From positions 62,001 through 126,000 of the forward strand of contig NMRA01000064.1 in the NCBI GenBank assembly GCA_002633005.1: a stretch of 64,000 nucleotides of DNA, written 5' to 3'. Below are positions 1 to 13,000 of this stretch, piece after piece. The translations under genes and the position numbers were made by a program. Every line of letters starts with the position of its first letter. Position 1 is the stretch's first letter. This DNA is from Phoronis australis. Lineage: Eukaryota > Animalia > Phoronida. The notes below the pieces were generated by a model, which was not told the DNA's origin, searched no databases, and worked only from the letters and a program-made list of their open reading frames with translations.

Positions 1-227
1 CCCGCTTTCCTCGCAGCTTCATAGTTCGCACAAGTGGGAACGATACACCACACCATAGCGGCACTCACTCTACTGAATAACAACTGTCGCCGCTACGTCA
101 TTTCTCACCTTCCTCACAGGTTAACATGACACTCTCGGCAAGGTAAGATTGACCGTATATGAGGTGATGTGAATATAGACCAATTAAGACAGTAAAAATG
201 ACTAATTAAATCGGGTGACATTCTCCT
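1..227 (-). mobile_element. Left end of a second copy of the same Kolobok-like element (cut by window edge)
   Basis: The reverse complement aligns with 11193-11420, TTAA lies at 228-231, and the THAP start MVWCIVPTCANYEAARKAG begins at ATG 56. Confidence 0.8.
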
Positions 228-3200
228 TTAAAGTGACAGCTAAATGCCAGGTGAAATGCACCTTTCATTTCATCACACCCTTCACAGTGAAAGGAAAGTA
301 AACGTTGATTCCTATCCAACATACATGTTTGAATTTTAATGTGTTAAAGAGACTGGTCGCAGTAGCTAACCTTACTCATGAGTTGATAACTTACCTGTAG
401 ATCGAGTGCGGCAGGTCCCTTCCTGTTTGACTGAACTAGGAGTAATCCTCTTACTAATGATGTTGCACTATGCACTACTTAGAACTGGTATGGGTGGTAA
501 GATGAACTCTTTGTGGTTGTGGGCACGGCTGATACCAGTTTATGAGCAGGTCAACTTGTAGGCAGGGAAGAAATACAAAAGGCTTATACAAGCGTGTTTT
601 TAAGTCACGATATTGTAAATAGCATTAATGCAGGACAAAATTAATTGCCATATTTTTTCCTTTTTTAATGTTTTTATATTAGGACACCCCCATAAATCAC
701 GTAGGTGTTATATCCAGGTTCTAGTTCACTCTCATGCATGCGTTCTTTAGTAACACTGAGCAATGCTAGATTGTCTGCCAGCAATGCCAGGATTCAAATT
801 CAGCTCTCCCAAATAGTACTCTGGAACTCAAACCATTGAGCCAAACTGTTGCCTAGCTTTATTTTGAATGCTAGTGATTTTTCAAAAACGTTGGCTGTAT
901 CTGATGTTGTGTTTGCTATAGACCTTGACAATGAAAATGCAGTACTTTGGTGTCATAACGCTTAATCGTCGTGAGAGACCGTCCCGAGTTAGTATGTGGT
1001 GCAACTCGGGACAGTCTGGGGTCTACAGAAAACCATAGTTCAACTGTGAGTCTTCACCAATGTGATAAACGAGAGTAGTTCTACTTGCTGCGTCAGCTGC
1101 TGGTACGCTTATCTCTTTTATGATACACAATGTGCGACTGGGCAAAGAGTTTTCAAAATAATGTGGATAAATCAGTGGAGTGTGATACCCCTGAGGTCCC
1201 TGTCAAGTCCTCACGGCAATTTTACGTTATGGTCACTTATCGTTTAGGAAAAATAGAAAAAATAAGATTTCAGTTGTCTGCCATATTGTGACCTAAATTA
1301 GCATGTTGTTAGTTTATCGTCTTTTGTAATGGTTAAATAAGGTGGTGACATCCTGATAAATGTACCATGAATATGTAATGCATGAAGCTATCATTACTTT
1401 GCCCATTTGCTTAGGGTTCCGTAGGACCTTGTTGACTCAACTTGCTGGTGTATTTGTTAAATATTTATAAAACTATTGTTTTAAAAGTATGTATTTTCTG
1501 AACTTAGAAAGTCTAAAATTTGATTCTTGCTGTTAGCTGCCATTATTTGGACCATGTGATCATGTGTTTTTAGTACACTTGGTGAAAAATGTATGAGTTT
1601 CCAGAGTAAAACACCAGTATCACTAACATGACCCAATGTTTTTGATGTAAATGTTCAAGATGAAATTTCAAGAACACTGTTACAGTATTCTAAATTATTT
1701 GTTTTTACGCGTTTATTGCCCAGACATTATAGAAAGGCTAGTCTGAGTTAGATGCCTCAGATCTAGTCTTTATAAGACATTAAACAATAATTATATATTA
1801 CGTAAGTCAACATATAACGATCTATAAATGTCCACATTTGTGTCCAAGGTATCTAAATAGTCGTTTTGTTTTTGTTTTATGCAATTAGGCGTTTCTTTCT
1901 TAACATTATAAAAGTCTCGTTTTTGATGGCCCCTCCTGCAAAAGTGGAATCATTTCAAAACAATTGAAGAAGAACGCACGAAGCAGTTTCATATGAATCA
2001 CGGATCAGCTATTTCTGAGATGATGCTCCGAAGTTTGCCAAATTTATTGTTGACAAAATTGGGCAATGTATTTAGAGTGAGATATGTTAAGAGTACCCAC
2101 TCCACTTTGTCTGAGCATGAAGATAGTGGCAAATGACATAATGCACTTTTAAACTTATTTCTCGAGTGTTCTGTGATAGCGACTTGTCAGTTCTTTCCAA
2201 TCCCTAAAAGCACTTCTAATTGGAGCAATGTATATGACACAACAATTATTTGGTGATAGATCGTCCTCAGTGGCCAGCACACCTGCTCGGGACAGTCAAA
2301 ATTCCTGCGCAAGCTGCAAATCTTTGTTTGGTAGATGGCTTGGGATTCCACCCCGTACACATTAGGGTAAATGAATCACATAAGATAAGAATTGCCTTAC
2401 AAATTGAATCATTTGTTTTCACGTTGTCAATCTCTTGGAAAAAAAGGGTATTCAAGCCAATGGTTATAGCATATTCAATTCGTAGTTACTCAAGTCAGTA
2501 CTGTTGCATCGTGGCCAGTTTGCATTGTGGAAAAATGATGATTTTGTTTAGAAAGCTGTTGTTTATGACTAAAAATCACTGCAGATGTGTTGTTGTTTAA
2601 AAAACAGGGATATTCCTGAACTGCGCTTTTGCGCCATTAGCGCATAAAAAAATTAAAAGGCGCAATTACAGACCAGCAGTCTTTCCCCAGGCGCATCTTT
2701 TAAAATGCAAGTAGTCTTTCAAAAATGCAAGATTCTAGTCAACTTACAGCCAGTAAAACATGACTTAGTTCTTATTTCGATTGCCCTTGGGGTTTCTGTT
2801 TGATATGTTACCACTTTAATTACACTTAAGTCTGCTGCGCACAACCTTTTGACATAAAGCACACTTTCTTTCATCAGGTGTACCCAAAGGGCACAGGTTC
2901 AAACTTGGTTAGGAATATTGGTGCAAAAGCAAGACAATATGAACACTGTATGATACTACTTTCAATGATACTCCCAAGACATGTATGGATGTTCTCCTCA
3001 ACAGAATCTTCATAATTCATGAGCATGCTTGAAAATCCAGGGTTTGTAGCAGGTAAAACTTTGGGATCGGTACACAGGACTGGTGCCAAAAATCCTAAGT
3101 GTCCTTTGTGCTGAAGAAATGACTAATCTACGAGTCACATAATTGTATTTCAGTCTTGATGCAGCTGAGCCAAACTCATCACTGTGACTAGTCGAAACAA

Positions 3201-5545
3201 TTTGTGATGAACACTGATGTGTGTAATGACAATGAATAATACAAAATATTTTTTGTAATAGTGATAGTTACCATTGAAATAAATAACATTAGTGATAATA
3301 GTAATATTTATCTAACTTTAATGATAATAATGTACACTAATAGACCTAAAACGGCAGTAGACGCGTACTGGAGTCCCAAGCTATGATAACCAGATTGGTG
3401 CCTGTTACTCAGTGGATATAACTGGTTCTCAAAATGTTGGGCTCCTGTAAATAAAACAATTGTAGGCATACATTTGATGCGATGATTTGACATTGAAAAT
3501 GTAGTGCTTTGGATAGGTTTATTTTGTATGCCAATGTTTAGAGTATGTCATTGCCAAATTCGTTGCAGGTTAATAGGTTTTAATGCTGCTAAGTCATGGG
3601 TAATTTTTGACAATGCATTTTCTCAAATCGCTTTTCTAACTAAAACCAGTTAACTGACATAAGTGGTAATCAATACTGATAATTTCTAAAATGATTTTTT
3701 TATTCAATCAATATTAAAAATAAAAATAATAAAAAATTATCTGGTTGGGAAATTAATTACTTTGGGAACTTTGAAATTAGTAATGTGTAATAATTGCTTA
3801 ACATTTATAGGGAGCTTCAGATGGCAGGAAAGATGATAGAAGATTTCATATTACAGCCTTGACAAACGTGCCCACAAGGAAATTTCCTAAAAATACTGCT
3901 AGGGACCATTGCGTGTGAAATAATGTAGATGTTGAACCATGAAAATTCCCAAGTTTCTCAGGCAAGTGAGATCAAAACAATCTTTTGCGTCACAACCAGT
4001 GGGAACAATAGTTCTTAGTACACTGCATTACGTATTGAGTTGAATGTCTCATGAATTTCCCGTTACACTAGGCGACACAGGTTGGGCAACAGTACAGTGG
4101 TGATATGGAAATTTTAATTTGATTCAAATGAATATTCTTTCGATACCAACTACTTTGAAACTGTTGTTGCTATAATTTGTTATTAGAGTGTGACTTGTAC
4201 TAAGGTGTAGGTAATTCCTTTAATTGTTTTCAACTTTAGTTTCAAAACTTAACATACCAGTATGAAAATACTAATTAACTTATTGTAAACATATTTCAGG
4301 GTGGTAAATGCACCCAGATTTCGCTTGTCTGGACATTAGGTTTTTTTGTCATGTTTTACAAAACTGGAAATATTAGGTGCACTTTTAGTTTTTAATTTCT
4401 CTGTGTGTTGTGCTAAGGTATGCGATGTGCACTGATATTTTGTCCATTTCAGACAAGACTAATTGCCAAGGGCATTGTATTGTAAAGCCCACAGTTTTTC
4501 GGCACATTTTTTGCTGGTAGGTTCGTTGTACGTATTATGTGAAGCGATAATGAACTTGTGTTGCAATGAAGAAAATAAATTTTGATCTAACCACTTCTTT
4601 TATAGGCCATTAAAGTCTACATCTTTATGATTAGGGTAAAATCCGAGATCAATTTATCTAACCGCAAGAGGTACAAATCAAAAGTTGTTTTTTGTGACGC
4701 AAGGCTCGTTTTTAGCCACTTCAAAATTTCTGTTGTGCTGCAATACATCCCAAAAATAATCTGACAAAATACCATTTCCATCATGACGGGCGATAACTTG
4801 TCATGAGGAGTCATTCAAGATACTCTGGTGACGAATTCTGCGTATGCCCAACTCCGGTTCATGTGTGCATTGCATTCAGCGCAGATTACTGTTTTAAAGT
4901 TTACCACTAGAAAGAGCAATAGAATTATTAGAAAACCTTCTCATCAAAGAGAGATGGCTTGCTCTATACAGGTGAAACAGTACTGAAAAAAAATAGCGTG
5001 TGTTTCTGCCCAGTCACAAACACAATGGCTATGCTGACGCTTGTTTGTATAAGTTGGAAGTTTCCATGAACTATCAAACAATATTTGATTTAAAAATTTC
5101 CTCAAGACAGTTAACCAACATCTTGTACCAAGCTCGTGAACTTATTGTACAAACATTTTAACATCGGGCTAAGTGCTTTTGCTATTAATCAAAACACCAG
5201 TTTCTTCTGTAAATTCCCCATCTTCATGGACCACTTTACACAAAAGGATATAATCGAAGAGCAGACTACGGTTACTTCCTTGTTAAACAACACCTTTTAT
5301 CTACAGAAATGTTTGTAATCTTAAGATCTCTAAAAAGGAAATCTATATAATGGGCATTCATCTTGTTATACAACAGCAAAACTGAGAGTGGAATTAGGTA
5401 ACCAGAAAACGGCTTTTGGTAAAAACATTCTGGGGATAGAGTTTATGCTCTGACTGAACATGGGTCATCCTAAAACTGCTTTGAGGTGGTGAGGCAGTAA
5501 CATCACTTCCAAAATCTATTGGTCTGTGTACATTGAGGTTAACTT

Positions 5546-5617
5546 GACTCGGTGGTGCAGTGGTTAGAGAACTGGGCTGATGACGTAAAGGTTCCTAGTT
5601 CAAGTCCAGCTCCTGAC
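5546..5617 (+). mobile_element. tRNA-derived SINE-like head (degenerate)
   Basis: A-box-like TGGTGCAGTGG and B-box-like AGTTCAAGTCC at tRNA spacing, but the acceptor stem does not pair. Similar relics near 14925-14985 (-), 15134-15162 and 46063-46120. Confidence 0.5.
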
Positions 5618-7639
5618 AATGAAAAAAGTGCTTGTTATTGGGCACCATGAGTGTATCATATGTACCAGCTCGTTCTTAGAATGCTGTAACACCTGAAGAT
5701 GGGTGGAGAAATACCCACTGAAACAGTGGGATTATTTTAAACTGAGGATGTTCCTTATCCTGAACAGATTTGACAATACAGGCTTTACACTTGCAAAACA
5801 CGTGTGCTAAGAAAGCTTGCATGTTGGTTTTGTTATACAGCAATATCCACACCGTTAATTTATGTATTGTGCGGATTAACAAATCCTTGGAATGTTGATC
5901 ATACTAGGTAATCAAGGTGTGTTAAAAAATACTATTTTCACTTCAGTGGTTACTTTTAAGATCCAAGTTACTAGTAAAATCTTTGTTTTGCAAGTGAATC
6001 TGTCTGTATCCTGTCCCTCTCTATGCGTTTAGTTTTGAAATTTGTCTGCAATTAGTCTTGGGGGAAAATAGTTAATGAATCCACACCATTTTCCATCACA
6101 AACAATATATATCAACATTAATTAACATAAGCATTGTTTTCAAACATAATCATTGTTTACAAATAGTCAGGATCAACATTAATAACAATTAGGCATTGTT
6201 TACACGTGATGCACATGAACATAGCTAAGCATATCTCACTGTGAGATATGCTTACCAATGCTTACCACTGTTCATGAGGGTCTTGTTGTAGTACTACAAA
6301 TAGCGCCACCTACCCTGAAGAAGACTTTCAAAAACTTCTGCTGAGCTTAAAGTGGAACTTGGAGATTAATTACACATCTCTGTTTTTTCTTAGCCAAATT
6401 AGTTAGAAACATAACATATAGAGATGATGTGAATATAACATTGTTTGAAAATTGCCAAATATTGTTAAGAATATAAGTTCTATGGCAAAAATTATGCGCA
6501 GCAAATTGCTGAACCATATCCAGTAAGTATCATGACGTGGTGCGGTGGAATAATACTGCATGGTGCTGGCTATGTGAGCTCACGAGGTATATCATTAGTG
6601 CAAAGGTCACCTACTTGCAGAATTTTTTGTTTTCACATTTACAAATTGTTAGTGAATACAACTTCACTTTATTTAGCGTAGATTATGTTAAAATAGTATT
6701 GTTGTCTAGGTCTTGCCATACATTAGCATAGTTAGGAGCATGCAAATACATCTTAAAAGTAAACCCTTGGATGTGCTTTAAGAACTGAGAAGTATAACCA
6801 CCATGGTTAGTCGTTCCTTAAGCAAACATAGAATAGCCACCATCNTCATGAGATGAGGAGTGTGTATTGGGAGGTTATTTCACTGGACCCTCTTACTAAA
6901 ATGATTGTTTCATTGTTGTTGCACCATTCTGCAATTTAAAGAATTTTAAGTTGTTAAGCACCTTAAGTTGTGCTAATTTCCTCGTGTGTAGTCATGAAAA
7001 AGGAAGGAGAAATTCACCAGAGGTCAGTAATTGTGTCACAGATAATCCAGTTCAAAGTAAAGATTACTTACCGATGGGACATCTGGTGCCATCGTGACAA
7101 TCTACACCACATGTTACATTTATCACAGTGCATCAGACCGCTTAAGCCACCGAATGTAAATACCGTTTTCGTGCATTGTCCTTTTTATATGCACCTTCTC
7201 AATTGACCAGGAAATTTGTAAATGCCGGGGGGAGGGGGGGGAGACCAAGCGCTGAAGTATTCGCGTCCTCTCTATGTAAAGTTCAATAATATGTCATGGG
7301 TCAACAACAGGTTTGTGTTTTTTGGCAGAATGTGAAGATTGTGAACTATTTGGATGTTTCAGGTGGAGTGGGCATGAGAGCTCCATAGGTTGTGTTGTCA
7401 GGAGGGATAATCCATAGTTTTAGCAGGGTATTTGAAACTACTTATCTGAACTTGAATTGATAAATAAGCCATGAATATGGTATGTTATAATGAGCTGTCT
7501 TGCCATGGAGTTCATAAATGGCTCTATGTTTTCAGATAGAATTTTTAAAACCGTCTGCTAAAATCTACTGTTTCTTGAAAGTAAAAATTGATTTACTCCT
7601 TAGGTAATTGAGTGTTGCAAAGTTTCGAAACGTTCTTTC

Positions 7640-9626
7640 TATTATATATAATAAAAATGGAGATCCTTTCTTGCAGGGAGGAAACTTGCTATAAATTAGT
7701 TTTAGCTAAATTTAATATTCCCTGTAGACACTGTTGATTTCCAGATTTTAACCAATTCCTCAACAACCTATCATATATCATTCTTCAAGCATGCTTTTTC
7801 TAGAAAAATGTAATATTCAAAAAAAACTGTTGCAAGATTGTGTGGTAAAAGCTACAGAAGGCCAGGGATTAACCTTTTTTAGTTTTGGAAGTCCAAGTTT
7901 TGCACCAATTGTCAGACCACTGTTGTAGCAACAAATGCATCTAACAAACCACTTCTATTGGTAACGTCAACAAACACTAACAACTACATCAGGTTAACGT
8001 TGAAAGGCTACAAAATTGACATTTGTACAAAAGCAAAATTAAGCAAAGTTGAGTAGTTTCCAAAGTTAAGTAATGCTCAGGTTTATGCAAAAATTGTGGG
8101 GACTGCTTTTTTCTGGCCTGATTTTATTGTGCACCATATTAACAATGGGTAAGTTTACTTCCCTGGTCCAGATTCCTTTGTTACAGATTTCCAGGTGACG
8201 TCGAATCACCCCATACATACAATAGCCTTCCCATTGATTAATATTATTTCAAGTCTTCAGGCACCTGGAAGTGTTCCGAAGGTGATGCATTTGTTTTGAG
8301 GGTGGAGTCTATAAAACCTATTCATGCGTTTGGGTTTATTTGGCCTTTAGCCACTGGTACCATATGAGTCATAGTGCTAAAAATGTCACCCTGTATTAAA
8401 ATATGCTCTTGGGACCTGTCAAAATTGTTCCCAGGGATGTCTTGTGCGTGCCTGTTTCCTCATTTCATTTTCTAAATAGACCATTGCCATCTTCAGTGTT
8501 TTGCTTGAATGCCTTGCAAACTGTGCTTAAGACTCTTTTTTGTAATGATGGCTGCAAAACTGGATGTACTTAGAGGGGATTATGCGGAGTCTCAACAGTT
8601 TTGCTCACATGTGATTGGTCATTGTTTGCATCGNTATTATATATAATAAAAATGGAGATCCTTTCTTGCAGGGAGGAAACTTGCTATAAATTAGTTTTAG
8701 CTAAATTTAATATTCCCTGCAGACACTGTTGATTTCCAGATTTTAACCAATTCCTCAACAACCTATCATATATCTGTCTTCAAGCATGCTTTTTCTAGAA
8801 AAATGTAATATTCAAAAAACTGTTCCAAGATTGTGTAGTAAAAGCTACAGAAGGCCAGGGATTAACCTTTTTTAGTTTTGGAAGTCCAAGTTTTGCACCA
8901 ATTGTCAGACCACTGTTGTAGCAACAAATGCATCTAACAAACCACTTCTATTGGTAACGTCAACAAACACTAACAACTAGATCAGGTTAACTTTGAAAGG
9001 CTACAAAATTGACATTTGTACAAAAGCAAAATTAAGCAAAGTTGAGTAGTTTCCAAAGTTAAGTAATGCTCAGGTTTCTGCAAGAATTGTGGGGACTGCT
9101 TTTTTCTGGCCTGATTTTATTGTGCACCATATTAACAATGGGTAAGTTTACTTCCCTGGTCCAGATTCCTTTGTTACAGATTTCCAGGTGACGTCGAATC
9201 ACCCCATACATACAATAGCCTTCCCATTGATTAATATTATTTCAAGTCTTCAGGCACCTGGAAGTGTTCCGAAGGTGATGCATTTGTTTTGAGGGTGGAG
9301 TCTATAAAACCTATTCATGCGTTTGGGCTTATTTGGCCTTTAGCCACTGGTACCATATGAGTCATTGTGCTAAAAATGTCACCCTGTATTAAAATATGCT
9401 CTTGGGACCTGTCAAAATTGTTCCCAGGGATGTCTTGTGCGTGCCTGTTTCCTCATTTCATTTTCTAAATAGACCATTGCCATCTTCAGTGTTTTGCTTG
9501 AATGCCTTGCAAACTGTGCTTAAGACTCTTTTTTGTAATGATGGCTGCAAAACTGGATGTACTTAGAGGGGATTATGCGGAGTCTCAACAGTTTTGCTCA
9601 CATGTGATTGGTCATTGTTTGCATCG
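7640..9626. repeat. ~1-kb direct duplication joined at a single N (probable assembly overlap)
   Basis: 7640-8633 is nearly identical to 8635-9626, and the junction is exactly the N at 8634. Confidence 0.9.
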
Positions 9627-10051
9627 CTCTACCATCTCCATGCACAGAGAATTGGCCAATCAAAATTTCCAAAGTGGAAAGAAAAATCTAACTTGGATAG
9701 TTTTTTAAGGTAGCGCACTAGGTCTCTGATTATAGAAAATTGTTTAAAAGCAGGAGGCATAGTAGAATTAGAAATACACACAAAGGTAACATTTGAAATT
9801 AACTAGGGAATAATCATGTTTATGGTAAATATACAGATTTGTTGCTGTTAGTTAATGTAGTAGTGACGAAAAGGTGGCAAATATGCCAAAAAGGATGTTC
9901 CCTTAGAAAAAGATTGTGGCTTTGATGGTTGCCCTCCTTGTGCATGTAAAGAATCATTGATCGCAAATGATATGCATGTTGTGTTTTTGTAAAGGATAGT
10001 GCAAATGTATTCGCCAAATGTTATGTATCTAATCAATGTCCACTGTTGCAG

Positions 10052-13000
10052 ATTGTTCGAGATGGGTTTTCAAGAACAGATGCATGAGAGCCTTAAACGC
10101 TTATCGGACAGTCGACAGACTGTGTTGTTCTCGGCCACTCTTCCAAAACTATTGGTGGATTTTGCCCGTGCTGGACTACATGACCCCATCCTCATACGGT
10201 TGGACGTCGACTCCAAGCTTAGTGAACACTTGCAGGTAAGCTGTTATGACCATTTGGTTGCAGACTGATGGCTTGATTTAATTTGAGTTAACAGTGAGAA
10301 AGGTTGAAACTTATACTTATCAACTAAGATAAAGTTGCATTTTTGCAATTAATGTGTAAATTTTGTTTATATGTTACAGTGGAATCCCAATTTTCAAATT
10401 TGTGCTTGCAAGCAAATTGTTGTGTTATCGCATACTTATTTTTAAGCTTTTCTTTGTGTTAAGAGTGTTTAGTTTGCTGTTATCAGTAGCTCCCTCTAGT
10501 GTCAAATCCCACTGTAAATGTAGCTCTTACAATATTGATTTCATTAAAAATTCCTGACTTGGCTTCTTATGACATGTCCTTTTATTTTAAGAAAGTGAAT
10601 TTTTGGATTACATAATTTGTGATCAGATTGGAGATTATTTGTGAGAGATTGAACCTATGTTAGCTGAGCTCGTAACAACCAGTCACTTGAAAATTTACCT
10701 GTTACGTATCGCACTCTGCCTAAATTTTTGATTTTGATGTGATGTGATTGGTCAGTGTTGGTGTCTTGGCTTGAGTGAACTTGGGAAGTCACAGGCATTA
10801 GTGTGAAGTCACAGGCACTAGTGTGCTGTCATAGGCACTAGTGTGAACATAAACATTGCATCAAATTTTCTGTTGCCAAAATTATATTAACTTTCTGGTT
10901 AAAAGACAAGTCTAGCTAACGCTGGCTTTGTCGCTGCTGCTGCCCCCTGGTGATGACCTCTTGACATTTCCATTATCTACCCAACCATTCATGTTCACCT
11001 GTGCTTCTATTTTTGCATTTATTGATACTGTTTACATTTTATTCTTCCCTGGTTTCTTTGTTAGGCCACAATAGAACTGCCACTGTAGAGAGGCAGAATG
11101 GTATGCTTTAGTTTGCTATTTTTGGCCAATGGTGATGTATATTGCTTACTTGCTGATGTGGTCCAATACAGACTCACTATCTTATGCCTTAAAGGAGAAT
11201 GTCACCCGATTTAATTAGTCTTTTTTACCATCTTAATCGGTCTATATACACATCGTCTCTTATACGGTCGACCTCACCTTGCCGAGAGCTGTCGCGTTAA
11301 CCTGTGAGGAAGGTAAGAAGCGACGCAGCGACATCAGTGGTTCGTCTGCAGAGTGAATGCCGCTATATTGCGGTGCATCGGTTCCCGCTTGTTCGAATTA
11401 TGAAGCTGCAAAGAAAGCGGGTATATCGTTTTTTCGACTTCCTCGAGAGCCCGAAATTCCTAGGAAATGGCTTGCGGTGGTAAAGAATGAACGGTATTTC
11501 GTCGACAGTGATTTCTCTGACGAATTCCGGCTTACCAAAGAACTATCCATACGTTCCGTTGCCTATGCATATTCACGGCGCCTCTCTAGTATTTCTTGAT
11601 CAGTGTATTCCGGTTCAAACTGATAGCCTGTGAATCCTAATGATCCGACCCGTGAAGTCTTCATCGGATGAGCTCTTGACTAAGTCGCGATTGGCGACGG
11701 GCGAGTTGCCATGTAGCCATTTATTATTCTGCGCTCTGTTTCAAAATGAATTATTCTCATCCTAACCAATGGTTATATGAAACTGAAACAAAGTATGTCT
11801 AACTAGATACAATTAGTAATGCATTGGAGTGCTTGTGAGTGCAAATGTTTTGAGAAGCCACTTATGAATAAACCACTGCGTTACCGGCTTTTGATGCTGG
11901 CAACAAAGGCAATTGACCGGGCACCGAGGCCGTGTGAGCGCATGCTAATTCAGTGTTTGCTGACAGAAAGCTGTTGTGAAACAATTACTCGATTTTATAT
12001 GCTATGGTCACATGTTAGGGGAATGTTTATTTAGAAATACAACTACATTATTCAAATCATTGTTACTGTACAACCATTGTGGAAGGGGAACTTTGCGGCC
12101 CCGGACAAGTAAGTAGATTTTCAGTTTCGTGGCTAATTCACATAAATAAATATATGCACATTATTTCTTTGGCTCACTATTATAGTCTTTTCGTGACTGG
12201 AGATTTAGTTTCCAACTCAAGCTGCTTTGTGTTCTTGCCAGTCTCGGTGGCCGCGACGGGCCTGATCAGGTTCCGAGCCACTGGCCGCCGGGATAACAAG
12301 CGTTTTGTGTGTTTAGAACTAAAAAAATCACGAGTATAAACAATACAGATCTAGGTTCTCCTGCCTACATTTCACGGAAGAATATTCGGAATTTATCTCT
12401 GAACAGACCTCAAACTCCTGCTACGGACCTTGGTAAATTAATTGGCCTGCCGAACTTTGTAGGCTACGGTGTGTCCAAATACCAATAAATCCGTAACAGC
12501 GAAATAAAGCAACACGTTTTTATAAGAACTCAGTGTATTTTTAAGGGTTTTACATCGATGTTTGATGATTTATTGGTGTTAAACGATGAATTCAAGCGAT
12601 AAGCTGACACCACTAACCCGTGTTGTGAACTGCTGAACAGACTACGTGTGAAACCACCTGGGTCACTGGATAATTTCAACACCTCCGTCTGCCGTCAGGT
12701 GTCAGGTAACGCAACCGAACGTGCCGTTATCGAGTAGAACTACTCGATCTAAATTGATACAAAATAGGTTGTTTTTTGAGTGGCATTCTCCTTTAAGTTT
12801 GTATGGCTGGTAACTGTAACAAATCAGTTTACCTTCTTTGTTACGTTCACAACTTGTTCATTTCNCCCCCTTTTCAGCATTCTCTCGTACTTCCGCGTGA
12901 CCGGTGCTTTTTTTATTACCCATCTTACCAGAGTTATAATTTTTATTTTTCTTATTTTTATTCACTATTTGTTACTTGTAATTGTATTCGTCATACTAAA

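Noticed and set aside
1900-5480. Short minus-strand ORFs suggesting a decayed DNA-transposon gene
   Set aside because: Only vague fragments (e.g. GILSDYF); no motif or terminus I can support.
5546-5617. Possible tRNA gene
   Set aside because: A/B boxes are present but the cloverleaf stems do not pair; treated as a SINE relic.
7640-9626. Apparent recent 1-kb tandem duplication
   Set aside because: The junction is exactly a single N and the copies differ by a few SNPs/indels, typical of unmerged haplotype contig ends. The same holds for 13081-14042.
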